Assembly (NCBI GenBank): GCA_016933055.1
Contig: JAFGBS010000009.1
Span: forward strand, 630,001-662,000
DNA from: Promethearchaeota archaeon
GTDB taxonomy: Archaea > Asgardarchaeota > Lokiarchaeia > Sigyniarchaeales > Promethearchaeaceae
DNA: 32,000 bases
Reading direction: 5' to 3'
Part shown: positions 26,430 to 32,000 of the stretch, one piece after another
How the letters are laid out: each line of letters opens with the position of its first letter
Numbering within the stretch: position 1 is the first letter of the stretch
The notes under the pieces: generated by a model
The model's database searches: none
What the model was told of the DNA's origin: nothing
The model's input: the letters and a program-made list of their open reading frames with translations, nothing else
Translations under genes and position numbers: made by a program

Positions 26430-28229
26430 ATGAATAGGATTGTTGGGAGCGTTCATGAAGGATCCACTTTGGGCGAGAAAAAACTATATCGTTATCTCAA
26501 TATTTATCTAAAAAATTCTCAAGAAATGGACGGTATTCGCTGCTATTATGATCAAACCATGAGAATAGAGATTCGTCCGGATTTTACACTTATAACCAGA
26601 TACTTCGGTATAATAATTATTGAAGTGAAAGATTATTCTGATGAATCTCTAGCTTACGTATATCCGGATGATAAATGGGTGGTATTAAATATAGGATTAG
26701 TTCCCAATCCCTATCAGCAGTTGCATAAATACAAAAATCAATGTCAGAATATTATCGATATAAAAGGATATAGAACGCTCCAAGTTCCGATTATCCAGAT
26801 TTTGGCATTACCATTTTTATCTAAAAGTAGCGATGTGGCTTATAAGATTCAAAATAAACCCCAAAAAAAAATAAAGGTCATGTTTCAAGAAGATCTTGAT
26901 ACATTTTCCAAGTTTGAAGCTAAATTAAATTCATTTCTTGAGAAAAATTCCGATTTAACAGGTCACCAGATGGATCATATAAATGCTGAATTATTTCCCT
27001 CACACAAACTCCCAACCTATTCACAAGAGCGGATTTTTAATGTGCATCCGGAATATCAGAAAATAAAACTCCTAGATAATAAGCAAAAAAGTTACGCATG
27101 TGCTCTAAAAGAAGGTCATAGATTGGTTTTTGGCTGTGCAGGTAGTGGAAAAACCGTTGTACTCATTGCAAGAGCCCGCTATCTTGCTCAAAATAATCCA
27201 AACAGCAAGATTCTTGTTCTATGTTATAATCGATTACTTTCCCAGATGATAAAAAATTATATTTTACCCAATGAATTCACAGCTCAAATAGAGGTGAAAA
27301 CTTTCCATGCTTGGGCAAAACACTTAATATATAATATCGATTTTCGCTTTCAGAGTGTTTATGAGATGAGGAAAAAAGAATCCGAATTAAAAGTATTTAA
27401 GAACGGCCTAAGCTTGTTTTTTATGAAAGATGTCCCTCAAATTTTGGAACAAGCGATAGAGTATCAAAAAACTATAGTGAAAAATCCTGAATCTATAATG
27501 TATGATGCTATTTTGATCGATGAAGCTCAAGATTTTGATGAATCTTGGTTTCCTTCAATACTTAAAGTGTTAAAAGATGGTGAAAATGGTTCGTTATTGA
27601 TTGCATGCGATGGAATGCAAGGAATTTATGCACGTAAACGATTCACATGGAGTTCTGTAGGAATCCAAGCTAGGGGGAGAAGACATAGTTTCACCAAATC
27701 CTACAGAACTTCGAAAAATGTTGGCTTCTGCGCCCAATCAATCATTACAGACGAAATGAAACATCTTGCTACTAATGAGGATGAATTTACTCTTCCAGAT
27801 GAATACAATGGCTTACCGGGAGAAATATCACTTCGTATCCATAGAAGTCGTGAGGAGGAGTATGAAGAAATATGTAAAATCCTGAAACAAATAAGGCAAA
27901 CTTCCGTACTGATAATATTTCGAAAAAATATATGGAACATGGAAAATCATCCGTTTTTGAAATTGATGGAGGAATCTGGGTTAAGGAACCAACTTCATAA
28001 AACTTGGACTTCAAACCGTGATGGAATTGTGTTAAGTACAATGCATAGTGCAAAAGGTCTTGAAGCGGATCTGGTAATTATTCCGGAGCTAGATATGTAT
28101 ACAAAAAAGACAGAAGATCGACAATTACTTTACGTAGGAATGATGCGTACCATAAACAAGTTGGTTTTATCGAGTATTGCTCGAACGGACCTAGTATCTG
28201 AAATTGAGAAATGTATCAAATCTACTTAG
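26430..28229 (+). CDS. NERD-domain nuclease fused to superfamily 1 (UvrD-like) helicase
   Basis: N-terminal RPDF..I....GIIIIEVKDY and NPYQQ; helicase motifs GCAGSGKT, LCYNRLL, IDEAQDF, CDGMQGIY, KSYRT, STMHSAKGLE, LLYVGMMRT. Confidence 0.9.
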   Translation: MNRIVGSVHEGSTLGEKKLYRYLNIYLKNSQEMDGIRCYYDQTMRIEIRPDFTLITRYFGIIIIEVKDYSDESLAYVYPDDKWVVLNIGLVPNPYQQLHKYKNQCQNIIDIKGYRTLQVPIIQILALPFLSKSSDVAYKIQNKPQKKIKVMFQEDLDTFSKFEAKLNSFLEKNSDLTGHQMDHINAELFPSHKLPTYSQERIFNVHPEYQKIKLLDNKQKSYACALKEGHRLVFGCAGSGKTVVLIARARYLAQNNPNSKILVLCYNRLLSQMIKNYILPNEFTAQIEVKTFHAWAKHLIYNIDFRFQSVYEMRKKESELKVFKNGLSLFFMKDVPQILEQAIEYQKTIVKNPESIMYDAILIDEAQDFDESWFPSILKVLKDGENGSLLIACDGMQGIYARKRFTWSSVGIQARGRRHSFTKSYRTSKNVGFCAQSIITDEMKHLATNEDEFTLPDEYNGLPGEISLRIHRSREEEYEEICKILKQIRQTSVLIIFRKNIWNMENHPFLKLMEESGLRNQLHKTWTSNRDGIVLSTMHSAKGLEADLVIIPELDMYTKKTEDRQLLYVGMMRTINKLVLSSIARTDLVSEIEKCIKST

Positions 28230-28318
28230 AATTTTCTTCTTGTTCGAGTAAAGATCTTATAAGTGAACTCGTGGATTAACAAACAAATTTATAAACCACT
28301 TTGAGACTTCTTATCGTT

Positions 28319-29029
28319 ATGGTCAATCCTCAATTTCTGTTTCCGATGATTTATGAATTTGTGATCTATTTTTTTACTCTTCTAATGGTAATAGTCATAG
28401 GAAGAAGATATAGAGAAAAAAGAAAACCAGTTGTTCGCTTTATGTTTTTCTTTGCGCTTATGATGAGTACGGGTATATTGATGGCCGCCTTTTCTCGAGT
28501 ATTGAGGTATACTGCCCTATGGGAGGTTCGTCCTGGTGTTTTCATTGAATTCCTCACGTTTACGATTAGTTTTATTGCATTAGGTAATATCTTCATGCTT
28601 GCATTTTGTTTAGAAGTGTTCTATAAGGGTCCTGGTAGCAGATGGGGAATATTTATAATGGCAATTTATTCTGTTGCAACAGCATGGTTTATTCTATTTG
28701 CAATTTACACGGGATTATTTGTTGTTGATCTCACAGAGCTTATTTGGGGGGTTGCCATAGTCCTTTCGCTATTTGTTTACGGCACAACGATGATAGCAGC
28801 TTTAAGATTAGCGGTAAGGATGGATAAGGGTCCAGATAGAGTAAGTGCAGTGATGATTAGTATTAGTCCATTAAGTATTTTATGCGTGTTTGTAATGTTT
28901 TTCTTAGATCGCATATTCGGTGGTAACTTCACACCTTTCTATTACAGCGGATGGGTGTTTGTTATCATCTCGATGGTATTTTTATACATTGGTGTAATTA
29001 GACCGAAATGGGCATTTAAGAAACAATAA
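28319..29029 (+). CDS. Seven-transmembrane hypothetical membrane protein
   Basis: Seven hydrophobic segments by eye, short basic loops, C-terminal IRPKW; no attached signalling domain. ATG at 28319 (alternative TTG at 28301). Confidence 0.75.
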   Translation: MVNPQFLFPMIYEFVIYFFTLLMVIVIGRRYREKRKPVVRFMFFFALMMSTGILMAAFSRVLRYTALWEVRPGVFIEFLTFTISFIALGNIFMLAFCLEVFYKGPGSRWGIFIMAIYSVATAWFILFAIYTGLFVVDLTELIWGVAIVLSLFVYGTTMIAALRLAVRMDKGPDRVSAVMISISPLSILCVFVMFFLDRIFGGNFTPFYYSGWVFVIISMVFLYIGVIRPKWAFKKQ

Positions 29030-29163
29030 TAAGATTTTTTTAATTATTATGGCATTCTCTTCTTAAATCTCCTTAGCTTTTGAGTTCTTGCTTCTATACA
29101 TAACATTACAACTGGATAATTGAAATTTTCAAGCAATGGTATGAAATTAGAAGAAATAAAAAA

Positions 29164-30504
29164 TTATAATGAAATTTCGAACGGTTTTTTTTCGGATACG
29201 GGCTCTTTTTCAAAAACTTTGGGATATTTTCGTATATCACGGATGAGAAGTATCAACAGAACAACTCCGGTTAATGCAGCTACAATTCCCAGAGTCCAAT
29301 ATGAGTTAATCGAAAATTCCCCTATTGTCAACCCACCAATTTGAAGGATACCTGTAGAAATTAACGGAAATAATGTTTGTGCTATGGATTGTGTCGTTGT
29401 CGCCCATCCGGAAACTTCTCCTTGGCGCGTTGCATCGACAGCCTTCATTGTATTCACGTTAATAATGGGTCGTGCAAAACTCATGTAGATGGTGTAAAAT
29501 GGGAGAAATATGCTGATCATCCACAATTTTTCCATAACAGGAAAATAGAGAAATGCGATAATTGCTACTCCTACTGCAAATAATATTAGATATTTGATCC
29601 CAAACTTTCTTCGCAATGGTCTAAACACCACGATTGCAAAAAACACCATTAAAAGAATCATTCCTGCTGTTAACAGTCCAATTGTCATTGGACCTCCTCC
29701 ATATCGCTCAGCAATTACCAATGGGGAACTCGAATTGAACATTACTATTATTGCGTTGAAAAAAAATGTCTGAAAAAGGCGTAAAACTAACTCTTTAGTA
29801 AAAAACTTATTTCTTAAAGCTTGTGGGATTCGTTCTTTCGCTTGGTTAAGATCTTCTCGTCGTTTTGCTGGCATTGTCTCCTTTAGAACTTTTAAAGTGA
29901 TTAATATTGATGCTAAAGATAAACCTGCTGTAATTAAAGGGGGCAGTTTCCAATTGTACTCACCAGATATGCCCCCAATTAACGGTCCCGCCAATGCTCC
30001 TAACGAAACTCCTGCCATCACCTTAGCCATCTTATCAGGTCTTGTATAGGGGGTTGTAATATCAGATATAATTGCTCTAATAATCGGGAGCTGACCACCG
30101 AATACGCCATCTAATAATCGGGCTCCAATTACGATATAGATTCCATATGGTCCTTCTGCAAGAGCCAAAATGATAAAAGCTACGAATGTTCCGGCTTGAG
30201 ATATAATAAGTATAGGTCTTCGACCGTATTTATCACTTAGTTTTCCCCATATCGGACCAAAAATCAAGGAGGTAAACGAGTTTGCACTGATAATTATCCC
30301 AACCATGAATTTACTTGCTCCAAAGTAATCAGCGATGGTAGGTAAAAGTGGAAGAGTTAGCGTAAATCCCAAAACGTCCACAAGAATAGATAAAAATAAG
30401 GCAAACATAAGAGACTTCTGATTAAGACCATAATTCTTTAAAACTTCATTCATTTCTTCGTCGGTCGTAATCTCGAGTTTGTGTTTGAAGTTTTCGTCTT
30501 CCAT
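29164..30504 (-). CDS. MFS transporter, TetA/DHA1-like efflux
   Basis: DVLGFTLTLPLLP, motif A WGKLSDKYGRRP, ARLLDG, AIISDIT, motif C GALAGPLIGG. Start taken at MEDENF. Confidence 0.92.
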   Translation of the reverse strand: MEDENFKHKLEITTDEEMNEVLKNYGLNQKSLMFALFLSILVDVLGFTLTLPLLPTIADYFGASKFMVGIIISANSFTSLIFGPIWGKLSDKYGRRPILIISQAGTFVAFIILALAEGPYGIYIVIGARLLDGVFGGQLPIIRAIISDITTPYTRPDKMAKVMAGVSLGALAGPLIGGISGEYNWKLPPLITAGLSLASILITLKVLKETMPAKRREDLNQAKERIPQALRNKFFTKELVLRLFQTFFFNAIIVMFNSSSPLVIAERYGGGPMTIGLLTAGMILLMVFFAIVVFRPLRRKFGIKYLILFAVGVAIIAFLYFPVMEKLWMISIFLPFYTIYMSFARPIINVNTMKAVDATRQGEVSGWATTTQSIAQTLFPLISTGILQIGGLTIGEFSINSYWTLGIVAALTGVVLLILLIRDIRKYPKVFEKEPVSEKKPFEISL

Positions 30505-30651
30505 TTTTTTTATTATTGACCCCACTATAACAAACTTACGGATTGTGAGGATCATGTTACAGATTATTTGACACAGGAGATCAATCAACCAAACATACAC
30601 GTGTATTATTAAAGGGATGACTCCTATGGTTATCTATCTTTCAAACAAAAA

Positions 30652-31617
30652 ATGGAAATGAGTAATATTATGGAATTGAAAGGTAGAAATGTTCTAGTCA
30701 CGGGTGCTGCTGGTTTTATTGGGAGTCATCTTGCAGATCGTTTACTTGCTGAAGGAGCAAGAGTCACGGGAATTGATAATTTATCAGAGGGTTCTTTAGA
30801 AAATCTTAAAAAATCACTTCAAGAAACCAATTTTAAATTTCATAAAGGAGATATTCGGGATAGAGAATTTCTGCACACAATTGTGGATAAGATTGATATC
30901 ATTTTTCACCTTGCCGCATTCACCAGTGTTAGAAGATCCATATCCAATCCATTAGAGTGCAACGAAATTAATGTAACGGGGACGTTAAATCTCTTAGAAT
31001 TAGCTAGAAAATATGATGTCAATAAATTCATATATTCCTCAAGCGCTGCTGTATATGGTAATACACCTCAATTGCCTATTGATGAAGATGTTCAACCAAA
31101 ACCTTTATCCCCCTATGGCATATCTAAACTAACAGCGGAGCAATATGTTCTTATTTATAATGAACTGTATGATATTGAAACCACTGCATTACGATATTTC
31201 AATGTATATGGTCCTAGGCAAAAATTATCAGAATATTCTGGAGTTATCACAATATTCTTAGAACGATTGAAAAATCACCAAGATCTGGTTATCTATGGGG
31301 ATGGAAATCAGACTCGTGATTTCATCTATATAACAGATGTGGTAAATGCAAACCTGAAAGCTACTAAAACCAAAAGTCAGGGAAATATTTTTAATATTGC
31401 GACGGGAGACCGTATATCCATTCGAGAACTCGCAGAAATAATCGTAAAACAAAGTGGGAAATCCAATACGAAAATTATTCATGATCCCCCAAAACTGGGA
31501 GATATTATCCATAGTTATGCAAATATCGAAAAATCAAGACAAAAATTGGATTTTTCTGCACAAATATCCATCAATGAGGGATTGCGAAAGGTAATACAGT
31601 GGTATATGAAGAACTGA
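30652..31617 (+). CDS. Extended SDR NAD-dependent epimerase/dehydratase (UDP-glucose 4-epimerase-like)
   Basis: VTGAAGFIGSHL, IDNLSEG, HLAA, SSSAAVYG, catalytic YGISK, LRYFNVYGPRQ, GDGNQTRDFIY. Confidence 0.95.
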   Translation: MEMSNIMELKGRNVLVTGAAGFIGSHLADRLLAEGARVTGIDNLSEGSLENLKKSLQETNFKFHKGDIRDREFLHTIVDKIDIIFHLAAFTSVRRSISNPLECNEINVTGTLNLLELARKYDVNKFIYSSSAAVYGNTPQLPIDEDVQPKPLSPYGISKLTAEQYVLIYNELYDIETTALRYFNVYGPRQKLSEYSGVITIFLERLKNHQDLVIYGDGNQTRDFIYITDVVNANLKATKTKSQGNIFNIATGDRISIRELAEIIVKQSGKSNTKIIHDPPKLGDIIHSYANIEKSRQKLDFSAQISINEGLRKVIQWYMKN

Positions 31618-31766
31618 CTTCTATGCTGTAATATCCAAAAATCTTTCTATGTAAGACATCGTACTTAAGTTCGCACTTCTGTCAATTTGCCAATCCTAAT
31701 TCCTACCATATAATTGAACAAATGAGAAAGACAAATTTATATAAAAATATAGAGAAACAGGAAAAA

Positions 31767-32000
31767 TTAGCTCAATTGCTCGTATAACTGAATTAATCGG
31801 TCTTTTACGACTTCACTACGATACTCCGGAAGTATTATAGGAGCATATTTCTTGGGTTTAAGATTTAGTGCATCCAGTGCTTTCATTGTATTATGCACAT
31901 GATTCAGAGTTAACTTTCGAGGTATAGAATTTTTCCTATATTCTTTCGCTGCTGTAATACCCGCTCTTCGACCAAAAACGTTGATTTCTAAAAGAGAGTT
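31767..32000 (-). CDS. C-terminus of an FAD-dependent oxidoreductase (succinate dehydrogenase/fumarate reductase/L-aspartate oxidase flavoprotein family), 5'-truncated
   Basis: My translation from the window edge, NSLLEINVFGRRAGITAA...APIILPEYR...LS-stop, matches the GNSLLE..VFG..AG motif. Not in the provided ORF track. Confidence 0.8.
   Translation of the reverse strand, partial: NSLLEINVFGRRAGITAAKEYRKNSIPRKLTLNHVHNTMKALDALNLKPKKYAPIILPEYRSEVVKDRLIQLYEQLS

Noticed and set aside
781-31512. Many short ORFs (60-125 aa) in the track overlapping longer genes, e.g. 781-1035, 2366-2614, 4178-4402, 16191-16436, 17305-17682, 21498-21776, 27701-27940, 31258-31512
   Set aside because: They are antisense or alternate-frame shadows of well-supported genes and carry no motifs of their own.
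1-32000. tRNA, rRNA, CRISPR repeats, transposases, integrases, terminal inverted repeats
   Set aside because: None recognised by eye; tRNAscan-SE, Infernal and ISEScan would be needed to exclude small or degenerate elements.

Overview
AT-rich archaeal chromosomal window with no rRNA, tRNA, CRISPR array, transposase or integrase that I could recognise. It is most likely from an Asgard archaeon (Lokiarchaeia/Promethearchaeota-like). This is inferred from the GGTGA-type ribosome-binding sites, Ig-like and 7TM membrane proteins, tandem GbsR/MarR regulators, a Zn-finger membrane protein and a coat-adaptor-like fragment. Recognisable genes: purH; an ArsR-controlled thioredoxin/ArsP-permease/DGC cluster; pruA (P5C dehydrogenase, apparently CTG-initiated); an iron-sulfur flavoprotein; an uncharacterised organic-acid catabolic cluster (AtuA-family, DUF4387, wHTH, FAH family, 2-hydroxyacid dehydrogenase, divergent MFS); an NADP-dependent alkenal reductase; an ABC-2 exporter with twin regulators and twin operators; 3-hydroxyacyl-CoA dehydrogenase; a NERD nuclease-SF1 helicase; a TetA-like MFS; an extended SDR epimerase; and a partial FAD-dependent oxidoreductase. 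Best leads: (1) a 5'-truncated protein with a beta-COP/adaptin appendage platform-like segment, (2) an orphan, translationally coupled two-gene operon at 4.0-6.8 kb with an internal repeat and an apparently cytoplasmic Cache-like sensor domain, (3) a membrane protein with FYVE-like Cys spacing, (4) the AtuA/DUF4387 pathway. All family assignments come from motif recognition by eye; no database searches were run.
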